A stretch of DNA of 64,000 nt, taken from assembly GCA_017561665.1 (NCBI GenBank), contig JAFZBQ010000081.1:23881-87880 (forward strand). The letters run 5' to 3'. The position numbers were made by a program, and so were the translations under genes. This DNA comes from Bacteroidales bacterium (GTDB lineage Bacteria > Bacteroidota > Bacteroidia > Bacteroidales > UBA932). This document shows, in pieces, positions 33,046 to 40,385 of this stretch. The notes below the pieces were generated by a model. It was not told where the DNA came from, did no database searches, and worked only from the letters and a program-made list of their open reading frames with translations. The stretch's first letter is position 1, and each line of letters begins with the position of its first letter.

Positions 33046-33438
33046 ATGCAGTTACAGCACAAAAACACCGTTATGAGCAAACTGTTCACTATCTTAGCGT
33101 TAGTTTTGGTTATGGGAACAAACACGCATCGCATCTCTTCTGTCGAAACCCACGGCAGCTGGATTTATTTCTACGACGAAACGGGCCACAAATATCAAAC
33201 CCTCTCCGTCTCCAGCGTTGGAGAGGTGCAGGGCTATAGCTCCACCTTTATGGTAAGCAGGAATGGCAGCTGGGTCTATCTATATGATTCGGAGGGGCGC
33301 AAATACCACACCATGAGCGCCAGCTACACAGGCGACGTGATTGGCGTTGCCGGCGACACCTTCACCACCCGCAACGGCAGCTGGATCTACACCTGGGACC
33401 GCAACGGCAAGAAGATCAATACAAGGTCGGCGAGATAG
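33046..33438 (+). CDS. Small secreted or membrane-anchored protein with three YD-like repeats
   Basis: 130 aa (alternative start ATG 33073) with a hydrophobic N-terminus LFTILALVLVMG. Three ~35-aa repeats: GSWIYFYDETGHKY, GSWVYLYDSEGRKY, GSWIYTWDRNGKKI. Confidence 0.65.
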   Translation: MQLQHKNTVMSKLFTILALVLVMGTNTHRISSVETHGSWIYFYDETGHKYQTLSVSSVGEVQGYSSTFMVSRNGSWVYLYDSEGRKYHTMSASYTGDVIGVAGDTFTTRNGSWIYTWDRNGKKINTRSAR

Positions 33439-33492
33439 ATACCCATAGCGATTCCAACCATATAAGCATCGCTACTATCAGTTTCTCCCCAC

Positions 33493-33546
33493 TATTTGCA
33501 AAAAGTAGGGAGAAAAGTTTCTATATTTGCAAAAAAGTAGGGAGAA
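33493..33546 (+). repeat. Tandem direct repeat TATTTGCAAAAAGTAGGGAGAAA (x2) carrying the Fic promoter and RBS region
   Basis: Copies at 33493-33515 and 33523-33546. The second contains TATATTTG (33522-33529) and abuts ATG 33547. The 13-mer AAAGTAGGGAGAA recurs twice inside the gene. Confidence 0.7.
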
Positions 33547-34530
33547 ATGGCAACTATAGACAAGCTTCTTGCCGTGATTGAACGGTACAAGAACCTGGGC
33601 ATTGATTCGCAGATAGACTACGACAAGTTCTACCTGTATTCCATCATTACTCATTCCACGGCAATCGAAGGCTCAACAGTAACCGAGTTTGAGAACCAGA
33701 TGCTGTTCGACGAAGGCATTTCCGCCAAGGGCAAAACCATTGTCGAGCAGATGATGAACCTTGACCTTAAACGAGCCTACGAAGAGAGTATATCCCTGGC
33801 AAAAAAGCATACCCCGTTCAGCATCGATATGCTGTGCCAACTGGCACACCTTGTTATGGAACACACCGGTGCGACATACAAGACCGCCCTCGGAGATTTC
33901 TCCTCCGCCAATGGCGATTTGCGACTATTGAACGTCACCGCAGGTGTCGGTGGACAATCATATATGAGCTATCAGAAAGTACCGGCAAAACTGGAAGAGT
34001 TCTGCAAATGGCTGAACGCCGAAAGGGGGAAAGATCTCAATACCGCGCAGAGATACAACCTGAGCTTCGAGGCCCACTACAGGCTCGTAACAATTCACCC
34101 CTGGGCAGATGGTAATGGGCGTATGGCCCGATTGGTGATGAACCATCTCCAGTTTGAATTCGGCCTGGTTCCTACCAAGGTTTTAAAAGAAGACAAGGGT
34201 GATTACATCAATGCCCTCATCAATACCAGAGAATCCGGAGACATTGCCATCTTCCAAGAGTTTATGGTTGCGGAGATGGTCAAAACTTTGACCAAGGACA
34301 TTGACTTATTCGTCAAATCGACAGAAGAAGAAAGTAGGGAGAATAAGCCAAAAAGTAGGGAGAAAATTCTGGAGTTACTGCGAATTCATCCAGAGTACAC
34401 CACCGCCATCCTTGCGAAGGAAATCGGCGTCACCTCCAAAGCTATCGAAAAACAACTGGCCATCCTCAAGAAAGAAGGTCTCCTCCGCCGCGAAGGCTCC
34501 GACCGGAAAGGCAGATGGGTGGTGAAATAA
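33547..34530 (+). CDS. Fic family protein (class II, N-terminal inhibitory helix) with C-terminal winged-helix
   Basis: Fic motif HPWADGNGRMAR, inhibitory-type motif STAIEG near the N-terminus, and a C-terminal wHTH-like tail (ILELLRIHPEYTTAILAKEIGVTSKAIEKQLAILKKEGLLRREG). Confidence 0.85.
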   Translation: MATIDKLLAVIERYKNLGIDSQIDYDKFYLYSIITHSTAIEGSTVTEFENQMLFDEGISAKGKTIVEQMMNLDLKRAYEESISLAKKHTPFSIDMLCQLAHLVMEHTGATYKTALGDFSSANGDLRLLNVTAGVGGQSYMSYQKVPAKLEEFCKWLNAERGKDLNTAQRYNLSFEAHYRLVTIHPWADGNGRMARLVMNHLQFEFGLVPTKVLKEDKGDYINALINTRESGDIAIFQEFMVAEMVKTLTKDIDLFVKSTEEESRENKPKSREKILELLRIHPEYTTAILAKEIGVTSKAIEKQLAILKKEGLLRREGSDRKGRWVVK

Positions 34531-34571
34531 TCAAAACATATTATCCACTAATAGTTTTTGTCAGTAATAAA

Positions 34572-35942
34572 TCATTTCATACAACTATCAACTGCTTTTT
34601 CATATTCTCTAACTAATAACACTACTCGATCAATATCAACAATAGTCGAGGTAAAAATAAAGTCTTTCGGTATCACCCCTATAGTCATATATACTCCAGC
34701 TCCAAAACGGGAAGGGCGCTCGATCGGCAACTTCATTTCTTCACATACTCTCAGTAACTTGTAATGATATCGGTTTCTGCATTCTGATGGATTATATTCT
34801 CCGTTATATTCAATCTTTACACAAAGCTTGCTTTGTTCAAACTGAAGATACATTCTGACCTCGTCATTCTCAACGAAATGCCACCAGAGCCCAAGGAAGC
34901 CACCAGATGGATTTGCGACATAGCTCCAACTTTCAACATCAATACATTTCTCTAGAGCGCGATAAAAACCTTGCCATTCGTACCATCTCCATTCATCAAC
35001 CGAAACACTTCGATAATTATTGGTTGCATCTTCTATATCCTGAAGATGCTTGCGGTAATCCAGTACTAAAGGATTTGATCCATAATAATAGTTCAAGATT
35101 CCCAATAAAGCACCTCTATCAACAACTGAATAACCTAATTCATTAACAGCTTTTGCAATAGAGCCCGCCTCATTTTCTGTTTTAACATATGCGTAGAATA
35201 GTTTATCACGTTTATTATGATACTCATCTTCCACAGTTTTCCTATATCGGCTCAATTGATTATCATGAACGTATGTTCCTATTTTGTCTTCAATGATGAG
35301 GAATGCATCATCATTAATCTCTGCCCATACATCGATGTTTTCCCACTGTCTTCCAACATCAATCTTGTGAATATCTTCTTTACTCATACCTGTGAGCAAT
35401 GCTACAAGCGACTTTCCCAGATTAGACAATCCTTCATCCGTGGCCAAATAAGAATCATCCGCCCACTTTATTAACCAAGCAAGGATTGCATCTTGACTTA
35501 ATTCTGATGTGGCATATGAAAAAATATTTGGTGCATTACTGTCTGCCACAGTTGCATAATTCCTCAAGTATTCTCCATTTAACAACTCAGATAGTTTTAA
35601 CAGTCTTGGAGCATATAACTCCATATTATCGCTAAGGAAACTATAAAGGAAAGCCAGATTATCCTCATTGACAACTTTCTCTTCCATCGAAGTCGGCTTC
35701 TTCCTTATTGTGGAAATAAGTAGTATTGCCAAATCTAGAACTCGCCATAAAGGTAATTCTTCGCTTTGTCTAGACCACCGTTTTCCATCCTCAGACCATC
35801 TCCAGACTTTAGCTGACACATCTTCTGGGTTCCAAGTTGCCCTGCCAAGAGAAATAAACTTTGCATCTCCTGCATTCGCATCTATTTCGGAATAGTCAAT
35901 AGAAACAATGGGTTTATGTTTCAGATGCCGCGGTATTTCCAT
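34572..35942 (-). CDS. PD-(D/E)XK nuclease-like protein with unknown N- and C-terminal regions (gene G)
   Basis: 456 aa. SELSQDAILAWLIKWAD ... ENIDVWAEINDDAFLIIEDKIGTYVHDNQLSRY fits the D...(D/E)xK core of PDDEXK-type families (memory). The N-terminal ~140 aa are unassigned. Confidence 0.6.
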   Translation of the reverse strand: MEIPRHLKHKPIVSIDYSEIDANAGDAKFISLGRATWNPEDVSAKVWRWSEDGKRWSRQSEELPLWRVLDLAILLISTIRKKPTSMEEKVVNEDNLAFLYSFLSDNMELYAPRLLKLSELLNGEYLRNYATVADSNAPNIFSYATSELSQDAILAWLIKWADDSYLATDEGLSNLGKSLVALLTGMSKEDIHKIDVGRQWENIDVWAEINDDAFLIIEDKIGTYVHDNQLSRYRKTVEDEYHNKRDKLFYAYVKTENEAGSIAKAVNELGYSVVDRGALLGILNYYYGSNPLVLDYRKHLQDIEDATNNYRSVSVDEWRWYEWQGFYRALEKCIDVESWSYVANPSGGFLGLWWHFVENDEVRMYLQFEQSKLCVKIEYNGEYNPSECRNRYHYKLLRVCEEMKLPIERPSRFGAGVYMTIGVIPKDFIFTSTIVDIDRVVLLVREYEKAVDSCMK

Positions 35943-35978
35943 ATGCTTAATTCTTTTATTGTAGAATGCTTTATATTC

Positions 35979-36245
35979 TTACCAGCTACTGTGCAGTTTT
36001 TCGTTCTCTTCATCGTCGAACATCCACGACGAATCGCCAGCGTCATCGAAAAGGGCGCTAATATCGTCTATAACACTTTCCTCCGTGTCATAACAGTCAT
36101 CTAAGTATCTATCCATATCCATTTCGAGCTGAGCCGCATAACGCTCAGCCTCTCCTTCATGAAATGCATACTTTCCAATAACGATTGGATTACCGCTGTA
36201 GCGTTCAAGTTTTTGTTGCAATTCTGCAAGTTCCTTTCTAGTCAT
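35979..36245 (-). CDS. Hyperacidic small protein (gene F)
   Basis: 88 aa. By my count 24 Asp/Glu versus 8 Lys/Arg. C-terminal half DMDRYLDDCYDTEESVIDDISALFDDAGDSSWMFDDEENE. Confidence 0.6.
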   Translation of the reverse strand: MTRKELAELQQKLERYSGNPIVIGKYAFHEGEAERYAAQLEMDMDRYLDDCYDTEESVIDDISALFDDAGDSSWMFDDEENEKLHSSW

Positions 36246-36272
36246 TTGGATTCCGCTTTTAAGATAGAACGT

Positions 36273-36659
36273 TTATGCTATCATGAATTCGCCAGGTTCA
36301 ACACCGTCCAATAATGATTGTACTGTTTTGATTATCTCATCATCTGACATGACATCTCTATTATCAACATACTCTTTGAACGCCATTACTTCATCAGTAA
36401 ATCTATTAAGTGAAAGGTATAAACGGGCTCTCAAATCCTCCATACTTTGATTTCCAACCAAAGGCTCTTGTAATTCAAAAATATCCTTTGCAGCGGTATT
36501 TACATCTGTATCATTAAAGCCCAGAGCCATTATATCCGTTATCCATCTACTTATTAAAGCATTATTGTCGTAAATGTTATCCAAATTGCCGATTCTATAG
36601 ATCCTTTTCATAAGACTCTCCTGGATCAACATCTTAACATCTTGTTCGATTTCGTACAT
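36273..36659 (-). CDS. Hypothetical protein (gene E)
   Basis: 128-aa ORF, 27 nt upstream of F. No family recognised. Confidence 0.6.
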   Translation of the reverse strand: MYEIEQDVKMLIQESLMKRIYRIGNLDNIYDNNALISRWITDIMALGFNDTDVNTAAKDIFELQEPLVGNQSMEDLRARLYLSLNRFTDEVMAFKEYVDNRDVMSDDEIIKTVQSLLDGVEPGEFMIA

Positions 36660-36687
36660 AATAAAGTCTTTGATTTTGTTAGTATTG

Positions 36688-36695
36688 CAAATGTA
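36688..36695 (-). promoter_or_regulatory. TAnnTTTG -7 box (minus strand) for genes E-F-G
   Basis: The reverse complement reads TACATTTG, 28 nt upstream of ATG 36659. Confidence 0.4.
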
Positions 36696-36727
36696 CAGTG
36701 ATTCATTAACATATCAAATATCGAAGA

Positions 36728-37507
36728 TCATATTATAATCTTCCATCCCTTTCGTTTAGCGAGGATATCCCAATCGCCGGGGACGTCGGCTGGTATAATG
36801 ATTTGTGGCGGATTGTCAAACAGATCATGTCGATGAAACTGCGGAAGTTTTGAGAACAAGTGGAGTAGCCAGTCTGAATTAATTGGATTTCCTCCTATGT
36901 TTATGCTTTTAATGTTTGGATTAACGTCGCTGACAAATACTTGTTTTAAGCGATTTAATTCAAGGCTAATGTGTTCTGTTCTTTGAATGTTAAGCAGATA
37001 GCATTCTGTTAAGTTTTGACCACTACAAATGAAGGATTTGCATTCTCCGAAGATGTATATGGGCGAGTTTGTGTCATGCTTTACTGTAATTTCACATATT
37101 CGGTTCTCATCATAATCTAACCCTATCGTTAATTCCGCATAACGGTGCTTTAGTGTTGTTACTATTCTCAACGGAGTCAGCGGCATAATGGACATTTCAA
37201 TAGACGATCTGGGACTATTGAGCACTATTGAGGGATTAGATTGTTTAGCGTGCACCATTCGCGATTTGGTATGTTCATAGAGTTCTCGCCGCAGCACCCC
37301 AAAATCCTTACTCGAATAACTCAATTCACATAAGGGCATGTCTTTCAATCCGCGCACTATGTCGTAATCTATTTTCCACTCCTTGCACAACTCCCGCCAG
37401 CCGTCTTTACGGCCAGCCAAGTATATTAATCGCTTCCTCATCTTGCCATTGGAAGCGACCTTCTCCTTGAAGTTAATCAGGTTAAGTTGTTTGCGAAATT
37501 CTTGCAT
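36728..37507 (-). CDS. LRR-like protein, paralog 1 (P1)
   Basis: 259 aa, roughly 40% identical by eye to 38174..38953. The C-terminal third is LRR-like (ISLELNRLKQVFVSDVNPNIKSINIGGNPI). Confidence 0.65.
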   Translation of the reverse strand: MQEFRKQLNLINFKEKVASNGKMRKRLIYLAGRKDGWRELCKEWKIDYDIVRGLKDMPLCELSYSSKDFGVLRRELYEHTKSRMVHAKQSNPSIVLNSPRSSIEMSIMPLTPLRIVTTLKHRYAELTIGLDYDENRICEITVKHDTNSPIYIFGECKSFICSGQNLTECYLLNIQRTEHISLELNRLKQVFVSDVNPNIKSINIGGNPINSDWLLHLFSKLPQFHRHDLFDNPPQIIIPADVPGDWDILAKRKGWKIII

Positions 37508-37588
37508 GGCGCGATACTAATCATCGTTAATGCCATTATCTAGCAGTGTAATTAATTGCCTGTGAACTACGATGAAATCCCACACGAA

Positions 37589-37610
37589 TACAACACAAAT
37601 GTTGTACAAC
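37589..37610. promoter_or_regulatory. Palindromic operator candidate in the P1/XRE divergent region
   Basis: TACAAC-acaaat-GTTGTACAAC. GTTGTACAAC is itself a perfect 10-nt palindrome. A TAGCTTTG -7 box for the XRE gene lies at 37625-37632. Confidence 0.5.
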
Positions 37611-37660
37611 TCAAATATTGTTCTTAGCTTTGCGGAAAACTAAATGCAGAAAAATATCCT

Positions 37661-37993
37661 ATGAGTAAAGCAATTGAATTTCTGAATGCGCACAAGTCCC
37701 CCACTAATGCAAAGTGGCGCGAAGAAGCTCAGTGGCGGAAGGATAATGAGTACTGGCTAAAGTATGCGCAGATAATCACTCTGGCAGTACATAAAAGCAT
37801 GGACGAGAACAACCTGACCCAAGCTCAATTAGCAGAGAGGATGGGTTGTACCCAGCAATACGTATCCAATCTTCTGAAGGGTAACACCAACATGACAATC
37901 GAAACTATTGCTCGTCTTGAGATTGCCCTAAATTTAGATCTTATCAAGACTGCTCTATCCTCAGTTCTATCGGCTAGGACAACAAAAACTTAG
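37661..37993 (+). CDS. XRE-family HTH transcriptional regulator
   Basis: 110 aa. LTQAQLAERMGCTQQYVSNLLKGNTNMTIETIARLEIAL is a typical HTH_3. Confidence 0.8.
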   Translation: MSKAIEFLNAHKSPTNAKWREEAQWRKDNEYWLKYAQIITLAVHKSMDENNLTQAQLAERMGCTQQYVSNLLKGNTNMTIETIARLEIALNLDLIKTALSSVLSARTTKT

Positions 37994-37997
37994 TTCC

Positions 37998-38093
37998 GTT
38001 GATGCAAAGACTCATATCTGGCAGACCATGATACCGTCGCTCTCCGCCGGCGAGGCGGAGCATATTCAGCACCAGTCAAAGAGTGGCGGTTAA
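37998..38093 (+). pseudogene. Ghost 3' end of a paralogous AAA+ ATPase gene
   Basis: 38004-38060 aligns with 32787-32843 of the intact AAA+ gene. It translates VDAKTHIWQTMIPSLSAGEAEHIQHQSKSGG* versus MEAKTHIWQTMIPSLSDGEAEQLAREFDLSGGQ; most differences in the conserved part are synonymous. It starts 4 nt after the XRE stop. Confidence 0.75.
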
Positions 38094-38173
38094 TAAGCTT
38101 CTATCTCTCATACAAAGAAATAAATCGGTAGTGCTATAATCCGGCATTCTCCAGTCATTATAATAAAAGAGTG

Positions 38174-38953
38174 TCACTTATTGGAACCCAATACACGCCA
38201 TCCACGTCTTTCTGCAAGTGCCTTCCAATTTCCGGGAATACCAGAGAAAGAGATAACATGTACTTCATCAGGATTCTTCTTACGGTCCACGTAAGGCAGT
38301 TGAGAGATAAAACCAGGGATATAGCCTTCATCGAGAGGGTTATCCGCAAGAATTACCACTGCCAATTTGGGATTGATGCTACCAATGGGAATTGTGGTTA
38401 ACCGGTTCCCGGTCAACCAAATCCCTTCCAACCTGGGGTTATTAAGCAAATAGCACTCTGTCAACTCTTGGCCACCGCATTGAAACATTATAAAATCCCC
38501 AAAAATGTATATCGGCGAGCCCGAATCATGGTTAATTAATGGACATGCCAAATGGATACCGGCAGGTTGTACCACGTACTCAGAATAGCGATGTTGTTTA
38601 GTCGTTACTATCCGCAATGGGGCTAATGGCTTAAAGTACATTTGAATTTTCTTCTGGGGGCTGTTTAGAATAATGGCAGGACCGCACTCCCTTGCATTTA
38701 TCATACGCTGCTTGGTCGCTTCATACAACCTATACCGCATTTCCATAAAGTCATTTGAGAGATAGTTCAACTCTGAGATAGACATATTCTTTAGCCCACA
38801 CAATACGTCATAATCTTCCATCCACTCCTTACTCAACTCCAGCCAGCCATCCTCCTTCCCAAGAAGCTCTACTATTCGATCTCGTTTCTTTGGTGTGTTG
38901 GTAATCTTCTTTTTTAAGTTAATCAGTTCTAACTGTTTACGAAAAGTATCCAT
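38174..38953 (-). CDS. LRR-like protein, paralog 2 (P2)
   Basis: 259 aa. LTGNRLTTIPIGSINPKLAVVILADNPL is a canonical LRR pattern. Shared blocks with P1: FRKQL.LIN, PL.PLRIVTT, SPIYIFG, LTECYLLN. Confidence 0.65.
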   Translation of the reverse strand: MDTFRKQLELINLKKKITNTPKKRDRIVELLGKEDGWLELSKEWMEDYDVLCGLKNMSISELNYLSNDFMEMRYRLYEATKQRMINARECGPAIILNSPQKKIQMYFKPLAPLRIVTTKQHRYSEYVVQPAGIHLACPLINHDSGSPIYIFGDFIMFQCGGQELTECYLLNNPRLEGIWLTGNRLTTIPIGSINPKLAVVILADNPLDEGYIPGFISQLPYVDRKKNPDEVHVISFSGIPGNWKALAERRGWRVLGSNK

Positions 38954-38972
38954 AATAGCCGATGTCTAATAG

Positions 38973-39443
38973 CTAATCTCCCCAAGTCATCATTCTTTCT
39001 GAGAGGATCTTCCAGAACAGCATCCAGGCCTTGTCGAAGCGCAAGCGCTGGGGTTCAGACCAGAAGATTTCTCCGTGGTAATTTGTGCTGGGAATGCGTG
39101 CACGGTTGCGCATATTGACATAGTGTTTGAAAGACTCAGGCTTGGGTTGCCAATCATCTTCCAACTCGTACTCATAGTCCTTTTCGCCACCCTTAGCCTT
39201 GATGATATCCATCATCTTCTGTGCGCATTGTATCTGATTGGCATAGTAGGGGCCATTGGCCGCGTATGACAAGTGCCGGTTGTACCGCTCCATTGTTTCG
39301 AGCTTAGCCCTTATGACTTCAAGAAGGTATTCGTAGTCCCAGTCTTCGTTGAAAGCCATTCTCCAGCGTCTTTCTGCCCATTCATGATGGAACTGCATTT
39401 CTCTTTGGCGTTCTGTTGCTTGTTGTTTGTTATAGTGTGCCAT
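38973..39443 (-). CDS. Hypothetical Trp/Tyr-rich protein (gene B)
   Basis: 156-aa ORF, 3 nt downstream of gene A and 19 nt upstream of P2. No family recognised. Confidence 0.6.
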   Translation of the reverse strand: MAHYNKQQATERQREMQFHHEWAERRWRMAFNEDWDYEYLLEVIRAKLETMERYNRHLSYAANGPYYANQIQCAQKMMDIIKAKGGEKDYEYELEDDWQPKPESFKHYVNMRNRARIPSTNYHGEIFWSEPQRLRFDKAWMLFWKILSERMMTWGD

Positions 39444-39446
39444 ATC

Positions 39447-40241
39447 TTAGTCTTTGCTTGGTTCTATTAATGAGTAACGATTCCCAGCCTGATCGGACCT
39501 TTGCCGGTGCACTATTTTGACTTCGCACCAGAAATCGTTCATTCGAAGAAGGTCGGGTAGTGAATAGCACTTATGCACGCACAGGTCGTGCACTGCATGA
39601 CAGATGCAGATGTCTTTGAACTGCTCGCGTGTCAGAGCTCCCGCTGCCCATGAATTGCCATCATCGAGATAGTTTTCCAAACCGAATTCACTAACGGGCA
39701 TTTCCGGACGGTGTTCAAGATCGAATGTGGTTCTGCAGAAAGCGCATTCCGGCTCGTATATAGCCACATAATAATCATAGAGTATCTCAAGCATTGTCAC
39801 GTAATCTGAGCCATATATGTCGCTTATCTGATAGCCATTTTTCAGCTCCTCTTCTTTCCATATTATTGAATCATCCCAACGGCAGAACACATAGCCAACA
39901 GTCCCTTCAATTGATATCATATCGTCAAACTCCTTATCATAGCCGCCATTCAGTATAGCACGGTAAAGATTGCTGGCTTTAGAATACATCTGGCGAGTCA
40001 GCTCGGTCAAACGAGTGTTTACCTTTTCAAAGCCGGCCACCTCTTCAGGAGTGCAGAGAAACATATCATTAAGCAGATTGGAGCGCTCCTGGAGCAATTC
40101 CTTCAATCTCTCTTTTGTTTCTGTATCCCATTTGAAAGACTGGCTTGTATAAGGCCATCCGCCACCACCAATGAAGTAGTTCGCCACCTGTTTTATTTGC
40201 TTTTCAAGACTCGTTAATTGCTGTTTCTGTTGCATATTCAT
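39447..40241 (-). CDS. Hypothetical protein with C-terminal Cys/His cluster (gene A)
   Basis: 264-aa ORF, first gene of a tight three-gene operon. Has CAFC ... CICHAVHDLCVHKC. No family recognised. Confidence 0.6.
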   Translation of the reverse strand: MNMQQKQQLTSLEKQIKQVANYFIGGGGWPYTSQSFKWDTETKERLKELLQERSNLLNDMFLCTPEEVAGFEKVNTRLTELTRQMYSKASNLYRAILNGGYDKEFDDMISIEGTVGYVFCRWDDSIIWKEEELKNGYQISDIYGSDYVTMLEILYDYYVAIYEPECAFCRTTFDLEHRPEMPVSEFGLENYLDDGNSWAAGALTREQFKDICICHAVHDLCVHKCYSLPDLLRMNDFWCEVKIVHRQRSDQAGNRYSLIEPSKD

Positions 40242-40279
40242 AGTTAATCTACTTGTTATGCCGCGAAGCTAATTGACAC

Positions 40280-40344
40280 CTATGCCAAAAAGTGGCAGTC
40301 AAAGAAAATGGGAGTAAAAGATAGACTGCCGGAAAATGGCAGTC
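40280..40344. promoter_or_regulatory. Palindromic operator sites 2 and 3 in the divergent promoter region
   Basis: Site 2 at 40280-40300 is CTATGCC-aaaaagt-GGCAGTC, 38 nt from ATG 40241 on the minus strand. Site 3 at 40324-40344 is GACTGCC-ggaaaat-GGCAGTC, perfect, 41 nt from ATG 40386. Confidence 0.6.
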
Positions 40345-40385
40345 ACGCAATATTCCTTGCGCTCAAAATCAAACAATATCGAATT

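Noticed and set aside
38357-38377. CACTGCCaatttgg inside P2 that resembles the left half of the island operator
   Set aside because: The right arm (GATTGAT) does not match GGCAGTC, and the site is deep inside a coding region. Treated as chance.
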